NCBI RefSeq assembly: GCF_006345805.1
Contig: NC_043004.1
Span: 65,472,001-65,536,000, forward strand
Length of the DNA stretch: 64,000 nt
DNA from: Octopus sinensis
Lineage: Eukaryota
Reading direction: 5' to 3'
The notes under the pieces were generated by a model, which ran no database searches, had not been told where the DNA came from, and saw only the letters and a program-made list of their open reading frames with translations. Shown in pieces: positions 13,700 through 25,764 of the stretch (positions within the stretch are counted from its first letter, which is position 1; the number at the start of each line of letters is the position of its first letter). Position numbers and translations under genes: made by a program.

Positions 13700-14571
13700 A
13701 TATTGTTTCCTTCTTTTCTAAACATACATAAAATCATTAAAAGCTACAAACAACCTAAATCACTTAAAAAGATTCTCACAAAGCCAAAATTGCTTTCTGA
13801 AATTACGGATGCAAAAGTTAAAAAATGTGGTAGACCGAACTGTGCAACATGTCCAAACCTGCTAGAAGGATCAGAATTCCTCTTGAAAGAGGGACAGAAA
13901 TTCAAGATCAAATCTAATTTTACTTGTGCCTCTGAAAACATAAGTTATGTCATAAAATGCTCGGGCTGCCACCAAAACTACGTGAGGTCCACGGGACTTT
14001 CACTCAGACGTAGATGCACACTGCATCGACAACAGATTGCATTCCCAGAATACAGAATGATACCCTTTAGTGAACACATTGAGAAATGCGCAAAGCAACT
14101 ACTACCACAATTCTTAATCTTTCCATTTTACCAATGTGCCATCGGAACACCAACACAAATTAGACTAAACAAGGAAACATTCTTCATTGAAAAATACAAG
14201 CCCATACTTAACCATTCCAACATTCATATACAGAGAAACTCACTCCAAAAGAAAAGCAAGAAATATTAAGCGATTATCTCCCTTACACCGGAAGAAATCA
14301 CTTATTACCTCCCCTTATCTGGAACTCTCTTTCACTCTCCTTCACACTTCTCAACGTAAACATAACGATGTAAGAAATTTGAAAGGCTGAACGCGAAACC
14401 GGTCTTTCTTCAAAAACTATGTCATTGTATGAAAAAAATTTATAACATTCTTCAGACATAATGACTCAAATATATATTTTTTAACCTTCTAAAACAAGCC
14501 TTCTGTGGTTTTTTCACTTTTTACTATTTTCTATATATTCAACCACGTGCTTTCACACATCAACTTTCTCA

Positions 14572-14575
<4 letters not shown>
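13700..14575 (+). mobile_element. Neptune-type PLE 3' fragment (Cys linker, GIY-YIG endonuclease, 3' UTR)
   Basis: ORF 13703-14269: CGRPNCATCPNL, FKIKSNFTCASENISYVIKCSGCHQNYV, RRRCTLH, KETFFIEKYKPILN; near-identical to 58080-58990 minus. Confidence 0.9.
14372..14410 (+). ncRNA. Non-canonical hammerhead-like motif in the PLE 3' UTR
   Basis: aagaaa-t-TTGAAAG-gc-tgaac-gc-GAA-ACCGGT-C-tttctt; architecture conserved in the second copy at 58258-58296. Confidence 0.55.
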
Positions 14576-14626
<51 letters not shown>

Positions 14627-14676
14627 GTATCGTATGTATGCATATGTACATATATACATATATATATATTATATAT

Positions 14677-14732
<56 letters not shown>

Positions 14733-14797
14733 GGCGAATACTCGTTATAAATATCACCACCAGTGGCCTAGCATGTATAAAAAGTCAATAGACAACA

Positions 14798-15186
14798 TAT
14801 TCGTATTTCAAAATAGAAAATTACCCTTTCACAGGTAATTTTACATGATAGAAATAGCGCGATATTTCAAAAATTAAAGCATATAATGATGGGACACGTG
14901 TTATCTTGTCTCTGAATTATAAGTTAGTTGTTTATGCCGCTTACTGACGAGGATTCGCCTGGTAAATAATATGGTCTTGCTAAATTATCTATTAAAACAT
15001 GGCAAGCGATATTATTTGCGAAAGAAATCTGAAACCATGGTATAACCGTTATATAACAAGGTAAAGGTTTTTATTTTTCATTTACTTCGAAATTTGCTAT
15101 AAAATTGTGGTTTTTGGCCGTGTTGGCTGCTATTTCTAGCATGTAAAATTACCTGTTAGAGGGTTATTTTCTATTTTGAAATACGA

Positions 15187-15189
<3 letters not shown>
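14798..15189. mobile_element. About 390-bp non-coding element with 61-bp inverted repeats and a central hammerhead
   Basis: 14798-14858 versus the reverse complement of 15129-15189: about 5 mismatches in 61. Confidence 0.75.
14938..15048 (+). ncRNA. Hammerhead ribozyme with about 80-nt stem II
   Basis: cgctta-CTGACGA(14944-14950)-ggatt..aaataatat..cttgc..gcaag..atattattt..aatct-GAA-ACCATGGT-A-taaccg. Intact core, GUA triplet. Confidence 0.75.
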
Positions 15190-15223
<34 letters not shown>

Positions 15224-16144
15224 CACTCACCATGTGTATGGTGTGTGTATGATTATATTGTTGTGTGTGTGTTTAAACACGTCCGCACACATTAATCTAT
15301 TTTAAGAGTTCGTATCTGTGCCCCTTTTGAGAATAGCATTTATTAGTTCTAATGAATTCGCTCCTCATTATGGTTATAATTTGAATTGATTATCATCAAT
15401 TATTTTCCGCTCGCCATGTCAAAAACCTAAGGGTTTGCCATAGATATGTCTGCGCGTTTGTGTGTGTGTTTGAGTGCTGATACGTGTCTGTCGGTGTAAT
15501 TGCTCCAGCATGTCAAAATATATGCATATATTCGTTTTATATTTCAAAAATATGCTCAAACATTATGTTCATGCTGGTGTGTACCGGCGTATATAAATTT
15601 GTATTTACAAGCGTGTATATGAATTCTTCTACATATTTGAAGACTTAGAGAACAGGACGTATTTTTATTTATTTGATCTTTAGTTTTATTCTTTATTTTA
15701 TTATTTTTGTTTTTGCGGTTCCATTTTCCAGTTAACAAAAATAATTCCTTCCTTGGGCGACGGATTAATCTGCAATTCAGATTACACCGAAAATATAAAA
15801 AAAAAGGCCCATACAAAAGGAGAAAAATACAAGAAAATAAACAAATAAATGACAATGGCTGGTAACAACAAGAGCAAGAGCAACAATGAGAATAATAGTA
15901 CAAGGAATAACAGCAACGTATAACCACTACCACCATTAACACCGCCACCCAAACAACAACACCAAGGAAACTAATAACAAAAACAACAGTAACAACAGCT
16001 AAAAAACAACAGATGTATCAACCAATAAGAAACGATACATCAGCACGCCATGACCATTATCGCGGTTCCAACATGAAGACCAAGAACGATGACAAACCAA
16101 CAACAAAAGACTAATAACAATTACAGACTACTACTGCTACTACA

Positions 16145-16178
<34 letters not shown>

Positions 16179-16499
16179 TGACGACGACGACGACGACGAC
16201 AACTACTACTGCTACTACTACGATTACTACTACTACTGCCACCATCACAAACCACTACCGCCATTAACTTATTGTTCCGACACACATTCATTTTTATATT
16301 TTTGAAATAAAAAAAAAGACTATAAGCTTTAAATATTCCTGCCATAAAACGTAAAGAGTTGTAATATTCACTCAACAAAAAGAACAAAACAAAAACAGAA
16401 AAGAAAAGCAGCAGAAAGAAAACTAACAAAAGCAAAATATAAATATGACTACAGAAACAATAACATCAAAACAGAAAAAGCAGGAACGGCGAGAATATC

Positions 16500-16592
16500 C
16501 ATAATAATAATAATAATAATAATGATGATAATAATAATAATAATAATGATAGAAATAATAATAATGAAAACAATCATATGATAATAATAATC

Positions 16593-16660
<68 letters not shown>

Positions 16661-16709
16661 CATCATCATCATCATAATAATAATAATAATCATAATAATA
16701 TTAATAATC

Positions 16710-16753
<44 letters not shown>

Positions 16754-16770
16754 CATAATAATAATAATAA
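16500..16770. repeat. (AAT)n microsatellite
   Basis: Direct reading. Confidence 0.95.
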
Positions 16771-16997
16771 TGATAGTGGTGATAATGGGGTAGGAATTCC
16801 AAGACGAAGAACATCATGAAAAGTAGGCATAGTCATGGTAATTAGGTATTTCTTTGTTGACAGCACATTCCCGGATGTTAGACTGTCTGGGATTTCATAA
16901 AGAAGAGAAAGATTGACCCGAATATAGCGAAACTCCAACTAAAATTAAATGGTTAGCATCGCAGCTTTCTTGATAAGTAGCAGCGGAATTGACGCAA

Positions 16998-17220
<223 letters not shown>

Positions 17221-18045
17221 TTTCGCTGCTGCTGTTGCTGTTACAGATTATCCTCATACCAGTGCTACTGCCGTGTCAGGCGGTCTGAAATATCAATCAT
17301 TGCGCTAGAAGCATTGCTGTTTTATTATGCCATTCAACTTCGGTAATAGAAAGAATTTATTTGAATTTACTGATTCTACACAAACTGAATTGAGTCGCAT
17401 TGCTGCTCTTTCGACCCGCGACAGCCGTCGTTATGCAGGCCTCTGATCAAAAAACGTCCAAGCTACAGCCATTCCATCTTTGTTTGAAAATATGATGTAT
17501 CATGCACTAATTCACCCTAGATACAATACGGAGTGGAGTTTGAGGAAGGAAACTCTGTGTATGTATGCATGTGTGTGTATGTGCACGCATATGTTTATAT
17601 GTATGACCATGTGTGCTTCCGTGTGTACACGATAATGACGAACAGTGAGAATTAGCACCCCACACCGCATGCGGTGGGTGTAGATATTCATAATTGTGAA
17701 ATAATAATGCTACCATTGGTTTCATTCGAAGAAAAAAGAAAAATAATTTCTCAGTTTTCAAGCATTGTTCGTAAGAATGTTGGTAATCCGCCTCCGCGCT
17801 GGAAATGGCGATGTGGAATTATTATCCTCTTATAGATATCGAAACGGACGAAGCGATGCCACGGTGCAATCAATGAGTGAAACAACCGAGAGAATATGTA
17901 TACATCCATTTACATACACACATACGCACATTGGTAGATATATATCGACATACACATCCATCCATACAGACATACACACACACATATATATTCTTGCACA
18001 CATATGCACACACACAGATACACACACAAATATATATATATTATA

Positions 18046-18083
<38 letters not shown>

Positions 18084-18182
18084 TATATTAATTAGAGACA
18101 AAACCACTATTATGCAAATCAAACAAAGAAAGACTTAAGCCAATACATAAAATAATTTATATAAATTAAATTTAATTAAAAT

Positions 18183-18236
18183 AACCACTACGATCGTTTC
18201 GTGTCAGCACTTCTATGAGACATTCTTCAGGTGGTT
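18183..18236 (-). ncRNA. Minimal hammerhead ribozyme (antisense arm)
   Basis: Reverse complement of 18302-18355. Confidence 0.85.
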
Positions 18237-18301
18237 TCAAAACCTTCTTTGCAAGTTTTAAACTATAGTTCATACTTTAAAACTTGCAAAGAAGGTTTTG
18301 A

Positions 18302-18355
18302 AACCACCTGAAGAATGTCTCATAGAAGTGCTGACACGAAACGATCGTAGTGGTT
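18302..18355 (+). ncRNA. Minimal hammerhead ribozyme
   Basis: aaccac-CTGAAGA-a-tgtc-13nt-gaca-c-GAA-ACGATCGT-A-gtggtt; perfect 6-bp stem I, GUA triplet. Confidence 0.85.
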
Positions 18356-18462
18356 ATTTTAATAAATTTAATTTATATAAATTATTTTATGTATTGGCTT
18401 AAGTCTTTCTTTGTTGATTTGCATAATAGTGGTTTTGTCTCTAATTTAATATAATATATATA

Positions 18463-18533
<71 letters not shown>

Positions 18534-19039
18534 AAGTATGTAAGTATGCACATATACGTATGCATATATATACATATATATATTGTTTATATTATTATAT
18601 GATTGAACGCCACGCATCCTCTTCCAAGTAAGTTTTATCTATCTATCTATCTCTCTATATATGTATGTATATACATATATATATGTTTGGGGCGTCCTAT
18701 GAAACAACCTAGATGAAATATATATGTGTTTGTGTGTGTGTGTGTGTTTGTATATGCATTTAAGCACGCTTGTATATTAATTTATCGGACCTACACAGAT
18801 CAAACAAAACTCACTCTCAGATATATACTAACTAGTCATTGTTATTAAATACGAGGCCCCAGTTCTAGACAGATCTCTCTGAGTGGATACATACATATGT
18901 ACTGAAAACACAAGTTTTCTAAATTCAACGTCTTCGCTCTTTAACATTGCTCAGGAAATACTACAAACCAAGTGTGGATAGGCAAGGAAAATACATTCAT
19001 ACAAACATAAAAACCGAGATAGAATAAACTTTAACGGTT

Positions 19040-19430
19040 TGGCTGTGTGGCAAGTAGCTTGCTTACCAACCACATGATTCCATGGCACTTTGGCTAAATG
19101 TCTTCTACTATAACCTCGGGCCGACCAAAGCCTTGTGAGTGGATTCGGTAGACGGAAACTGAAAGAAGCCCGTCGTATATATGCATATGTATATATATAT
19201 ATGTATGTGTGTCTTTGTGTATCTGCGTTTGTCCCCCCAATATCGCTTGACAACAATGCTGGTGTGTTTACGTCCCTGTAACTTATCTGTTCGGCAAAAG
19301 AGACCGACAGAATAAGTACTAGGCTTAAAAAGAATATGTTCTGGGGTCGATTTGCTCGACTAAAGGTGGTGCTCCAGTATGGTCGCAGTGAAATAATTGA
19401 AACAAGTAAAAGAGAAAAATAAAAGAGAAA
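19040..19430 (+). mobile_element. SINE family A, full length
   Basis: Colinear with 41642-42064. Confidence 0.9.
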
Positions 19431-20341
19431 CTGCATTCAACAGCAACTATTCACACACAAACTTTTTCTTACAATTGACATGTTGCATTTATACTGTTAC
19501 CAACCTTACCTCTGGACACAATCAGTATCCCCCTCGTATCACAATAAAACACACATAGTATATAGATACAAATCGTAACCATTCGGGTACTAGGCTACGT
19601 AGAAACAATTTCCGTCCACTGTACCACTTGAAAGATTACATTTACAGACTCTTGACTCGTTGGAACTTATACTAGACATGTTCACTCAACCGTGTCAGAT
19701 TTAATTTTCGGAGTAAAAAATATTGTTACATGACATTAACGCAACCGACAGAGCGGGAACCTACAAATATTTTGAAGTGTAATCACGTGATCATCCTCTA
19801 CCACACTAGACACATTAAATTGAGAGAGCCTTGATTGTTTGAGACACGTTAACGCTAGACACGTTAACTCAGCTGTGACAACATGAACTTACGGTGCCAT
19901 ACATATGGCCATATGACATTGAATAGCAGGACGTAACGAGGAACTTACAGAAATTTCTAAACCTAGTCACATGATCATTCTTACTCGGTCGGATCATATC
20001 TAAAACAGGCACTAATTTGAGCCATGTTCTTTAGAAAGACAAGAGAGTTTTTGAAGTTCATTGAGAATCAAAGACAGCAGAGGCATAGCTTCATGTTTTT
20101 TTTACATTTTTTATCGCAGATTTTGAAATGGGAAATCTGTGAAACAGACCCTTTCAAAATTTAAATATGAAAAATCTAGAATGACTCCCAATGTACCCTT
20201 AATTCCATTTTGCTATATTTCAGCCCATATGGAATAAAATAGCTTTAGTTTACATACACGAACACAGACACAGACAGTCACACACACACACACACGCACA
20301 CACATGCATACACATTCAAGAGAGTCAACTAGAACAAAACT

Positions 20342-20732
20342 TCTATATTTAAGAGATGGGGAATTATGTACATTATTTACATTATTTACATTATTTACAT
20401 TTGACTGATATTTGTCCTCATCTGGTTTGTTGTTAACACAACGTTTCGGCTGATATACCCTCCAGTCTTCATCAGGGAAAATTTCGAACCTGGGTTCTCA
20501 TTCCTAAGGTATTTTTCTATTTTCTTCTTCTTCTTCTTTTTCTTCTTCTGAGTTCGATTCCAGGCAGTAACCTGAATAATAGTAATAACATCGAAAATAA
20601 CTTTAGGAATGAGAACCCAGGTTCGAAATTTCCTCAAGATATCTGATGAAGGCCGGAGGGTACACTAGCCGAAACGTTGTGTTTAGCAACAAACAAGATG
20701 AGGACAAATATCCGTCAAACGTAAATATTGTA
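20342..20732 (+). mobile_element. Non-autonomous HHR element: inverted tail copy, tRNA-like B box, HHR tail
   Basis: Arms about 20385-20518 and 20594-20730 are inverted copies; B box GTTCGATTC at 20552-20560; CTGATGA...GAAAC at 20643-20675 and on minus at 20435-20475; homologous to 23990-24110 plus 25780-25940. Confidence 0.8.
20636..20683 (+). ncRNA. Hammerhead motif
   Basis: gatat-CTGATGA-a-ggc-14nt-gcc-GAA-ACGT-T-gtgtt; stem I weakened to G-U pairs. Confidence 0.65.
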
Positions 20733-21090
20733 GAAAAAACCGTTTTTTTATATTTGAATACGTTATGTTTAACCATTACAGATTTTGTAGAACGAATTGA
20801 GAATTAATATAAGTATATATCAAGAGAACATAGTAGAGACCTAAGGAACAAACATATATCAATATCATGAAGTAACTGAAGATAATAATATAGAAATGAT
20901 ACGAAAACAATAAATAATATTGAAATAATATAGAAAAGTTAATAAATAGATATCATGAAATGAAGGCTTCAAATGGAAACAATTCCCAGAATAGATAAGC
21001 GTATGTGTATATGTGTATTTGGTTATAGAATAGCAGAGAAGAAAGATTAATATATAATAAGATATATTGAATATAGGTACACATTTATAT

Positions 21091-21142
<52 letters not shown>

Positions 21143-22404
21143 TATATTACACATATATATATATACATATATATATATATAATATATATATATATAATGT
21201 ATATATAGGTATATATGTATATGTATATATATACATACACACACACACACATCCATCTATATATATATATATATACTATATATATACATACATACACACA
21301 CACATATAATATATATGTAGATATATGTGGATATATGTGTGAATATATATGAGAGAGTGTGTGTGTAGATAAATAAGTAACTACTGTCAGAGATATAAAT
21401 TAAGAAAAAAAGAAGAAAACACTTAATGAATAAACAGGAAGCAAAATAGAAACGCAGTCAAAATTTCTAGAAGGAAATATATGTACTTTGATTTTTTAAA
21501 TATATTTTCAGTGTTAAAATGATAAAATGCTTTGAGGAATATTTGCGGCTACTTCACTTGAATTATTAATGTGTTTTCTTGAGTTAGCGTTATACTTTTA
21601 ACTGTATGTATATATAAGTATAATGTTTATATAGGTCTATATATATATATATAATATATATATATATATGCGTGTGTTGTATATACATGCATATTATATA
21701 TTATGTATTATATAACATATATATACATATATTATATACATATATATATATATATATATAATATACATATATGTCTGTAAATATACATACGCATCTATAC
21801 ACATATATTACAATTATTTTAGCACATAGATGCAGATGTTATTCCTAATGACAATATGATGTCAGCAATTGTGATATGGTACAACATAGCACGAGAAGAT
21901 ATATACACACTAACACAGTGAACCATACACAGAGTACGCACATCCAAACACACTCACACGTATCTCCTTTACCTAGATATATGTATGTATATAAATTCAT
22001 ACACGTTTGTATGTATGCATATATATATATATATTTACATATATAGGCTTAGTTTGAAAATAACCTGCCGCCTCAGGCTGGGTGTTTGGCCTCTCTTGAA
22101 TAAATAGCCAAAGAATACAAAATATATTTTGAATAATTTAAACAAGAACTGTGTATGTGTCGAGAATAAATATTTCACTTGGTTCTTTTATTTCATGTAG
22201 AATTGTTACAGAGACCATTAATTATAATACATTCAAAAAGAACTCATAAGGAATTGTGAAGGATAGTATAAATGAGAAAAAATGTTACAACTAAGACGCA
22301 ACCGTGTTTTCAATATATCATTTCCTATAAATATGTATGTGTGCGTGCCTCTATCGCTATCTAGGTCTGTATGAATACACACACACACACACACACACAC
22401 ACAC

Positions 22405-22454
<50 letters not shown>

Positions 22455-22648
22455 ATATATATGATATATATAATATATATACATATATTTATGAATATAT
22501 ATATATGTCATGTGAATGAAGAAATATATATATATATGTATATATATACTATATATATACATATATATATACATATATATATACATAAATATAATATTAT
22601 ACATACATATATATATATATGTAATATATATATATATATATATATGTC

Positions 22649-23055
22649 ATTCTTTTTATTCTCTTACTTGTTTCAGTCATTTGACTGCAGCCATGCTGGA
22701 GCACCACCTCAAACAGTTTTAGTCGAAGTAATTGACCGCAGGACTTATTCATCGATAGCCTAGTACTTATTCTATCGGTCTCTATTGCTGAGCCGCTAAA
22801 TTACGGTGAAATAAATTGACATCGGTTGTCAAGCGAAGGCCGAGGAACGGACATAGACACACATGCATAAATATATTAAATACATATAACCAATGGCTTC
22901 TTTTAGTTTCCGTCTACCATAATCCACTCACAAGTCTTTTTATTGGCCTGAGGCTATAATAGCAGACACTTGCCCAAGGTGCATGGCAATGGGTCTGAAC
23001 CCGAAACCATGCGGTTGAGAAGTAAGCTTCCTACCACACAGCCACACCTGCGCCT
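22649..23055 (-). mobile_element. SINE family A, diverged full length
   Basis: Reverse-complement match to family A head, body and tail. Confidence 0.85.
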
Positions 23056-23108
23056 ATATATACATGTACATACATGCATACATACATACACATATATATG
23101 TATGTATA

Positions 23109-23521
23109 TAGGCGGAGGAGCGGCTGTGTGGTAAGTAGCTTGTTTACTAACCACATGGTTCCGGGTTCAGTCCCACTGCGTGGCATCTTGGGCAAGTGTC
23201 TTCCACTATAGCCTCGGGCCGACCAAAGCCTTGTGAGTGGATTTGGTAGACGGAAACTGAAAGAAGCCCGTTGTATATATATATATATGTGTGTGTGTTT
23301 GTGTGTCTGTTTTTGTCCCCCTAGCATTGCTTGACAACCGATGCTGGTGTGTTACGTCCCCGTCACTTAGCGGTTCGGCATAAGAGACCGATAGAATAAG
23401 TACTGGGCTTACAAAAGAATAAGTCCTAGGATCGATTTGCTCGATTAAAGGCGGTGCTCCAGCATGGCCGCAGTCAAATGACTGAAACAAGTAAAAGAGT
23501 AAAGAGTAAAAGAGTAAAAAG
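23109..23521 (+). mobile_element. SINE family A, full length
   Basis: Head at 23109, AGAGTAAA tail. Confidence 0.92.
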
Positions 23522-23527
23522 TATATA

Positions 23528-23583
<56 letters not shown>

Positions 23584-23898
23584 CTACACGAACACACACA
23601 CATATTAATGTTTAGTTTATGTTTTGTTATAATAAAAACGATCTTAAATGAATCTGATGGGTTACTGTATACTTTTCTTGAAAAACAAACTTTTTCGTAC
23701 ACAGGGACGATGCTGACAGTGAGTTTGAAGTTTCGGCCAGCTAAAGCTTGTGTGTATGAATATGTATATATCTATCTATATATGTGTATAAGACACTGTG
23801 ATTTTATATACAGACATGTACATGTTTATCTCAAGGTATGGGTAAGTATAAAACTAACTACGTAAGTGCAGGCACGCCAATACACGTCTATATGTGTT

Positions 23899-23936
<38 letters not shown>

Positions 23937-24151
23937 TGTGTGTTTGTATGATCATAGGTTCCTGTCAAACAGTAAGAGAATATACAGTTCTATATTTATG
24001 AAAGGAGGATTATGCACATTATTTACATTATTTACATTTGTCGTATTGGTTAAGAGCACAGGCTACTAAATCCAAGTTTCTGAGTTCAATACCAGGCAGT
24101 GACCTTAATAATATTAACAACAACAACAAGAACAACACCACCACCACCACC

Positions 24152-24183
<32 letters not shown>

Positions 24184-24187
24184 CAAC

Positions 24188-24218
<31 letters not shown>

Positions 24219-24235
24219 AAAATAAAATAAAAAAA

Positions 24236-25595
24236 AAGAATATTATAGACGAGTTAGATCAATACTAAAAACAGAGCTCAATGCTAAAAACAAGATAATA
24301 GATATTAACACTTTAGCTGTCCCAGTTATAAGTTACTGCTACAATATCCTTAAGGTGGTAGAGGCCTTATACAGCTGGAAAACTACTATAAAATAACCAC
24401 CATAGGACTGCAAAAATATCTACTTCTGATACAAATAGCGGCAAAACACGGGCAAAACAAAAAACTGTTCTCAGTATTTAAGGAAGCTGACAAATACAAA
24501 CAAGAAATCATACCACCTAATAAATATGAAGAAGAAGAAGAAGAAGGAGAAGAAGAAGGAGAAGAAGAAGAAGAAGAAGAAGAAGAAGAAGAAGAAGAAG
24601 AAGAAGAAGAAGAAGAAGAAGAAGAAGAAGAAGAAGAAGAAGAAGAAGAAGATGATGAGGAAACAACAAAAGCTATAAAACAAATGAAATCCAAACTAAA
24701 AATAGAACAGCAACGAACCATGATAAAACGATGGCAAGAAAAGCCCCTTCATGGCAAATACTGGACTAAACTAAATGCAAAAAAAATAGACAAAGAAAAA
24801 TCCCAGCAATGGTTGAGAAGCTCAGGACTCAAAGCAGAAACAGAGGGATTTTTAATTGCAGCACAAGACCAAAGCCTCGCCACCAGAAATTACCAAAAAC
24901 ATGTAATGAAAAGAAATATTACAAGTAACTGCAGAATATGTGGAGATGGACAAGAAACAATAAATCATATTACCTCTAGCTGCCCAGTCTTGGCTAAGAA
25001 GGAATATATTCACAGACATGACAGAGTTGGAACCTACATACATTGGAAGCTATGCCAACATTATGGAATAACAACAGAAAAAAGATGGTATAGGCACACA
25101 CCAGAAAAGGTCACAGAAAACGAGAAAGCAACCATACTCTGGGATATGCCGATACACACAGATAGAGAAATTAAGGCCAACAGACCAGATATAGTTGTCA
25201 GAGATCACGAAGAAAAAACATGCTTTCTAATTGATGTATCAATACCGGCAGATGACAACGTGTCTCTAAAAGAAATGGAGAAACTTTCAAAATACAAAGA
25301 CCTGGAAATAGAGGTAACCAGAATGTGGAATCTAAAAACAGAAGCAATTCCTATCATAGTAGGTGCATTAGGCATGATAAAAAATATTCAGACAAATACA
25401 TAACAAAAACACCAGGACTTACAAACACATATAACATACAGACTATTGCACTACAAGGCACTGCACACATCCTACGCAGAACACTTTCCATACAATAACC
25501 ATCAGAGCATTACAACAAATCACAGCACATACCTAAGGCACACAGAGCTGCGCTCGGTAGTGAAGTGGAAGCACGCTATAAAAATAAAACTACTG
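24236..25595 (+). mobile_element. R4/Dong-clade REL-endonuclease LINE, 3' part
   Basis: INTLAVPVISY, GGRGLIQLE, WQEKPLHG, CRICGDGQETINHITSSC (CCHC), RHDRV, RPDIV, IDVSIP, EKLSKYKDL, PIIVGALG; ends directly in (AAT)n. Confidence 0.92.
24528..24650 (+). repeat. (GAA)n tract of about 41 codons, in frame within the LINE ORF
   Basis: Same frame as ORF 24684-25403. Confidence 0.9.
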
Positions 25596-25632
25596 AATAA
25601 TAATAATAATGATGATGATGATGATGATGATG

Positions 25633-25700
<68 letters not shown>

Positions 25701-25707
25701 GATGATG

Positions 25708-25764
<57 letters not shown>

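Larger units (their letters stand above)
18085..18455. repeat. Fold-back palindrome (about 175-bp arms, 13-nt spacer) carrying two hammerheads, flanked by (TA)n
   Basis: 18085-18262 is the reverse complement of 18276-18455 apart from a few 1-nt indels. Confidence 0.92.

Noticed and set aside
16753-16945. Possible terminal exon on minus (WSFAIFGSIFLFFMKSQTV*)
   Set aside because: Single AG acceptor in AT-rich context, with no linked upstream exon.
20870-20920. CTGAAGA...GAAA motif
   Set aside because: No credible stem II or stem III; expected by chance in AT-rich DNA.
24043-24100. Functional tRNA gene
   Set aside because: Acceptor stem and cloverleaf are incomplete; treated as a SINE head.
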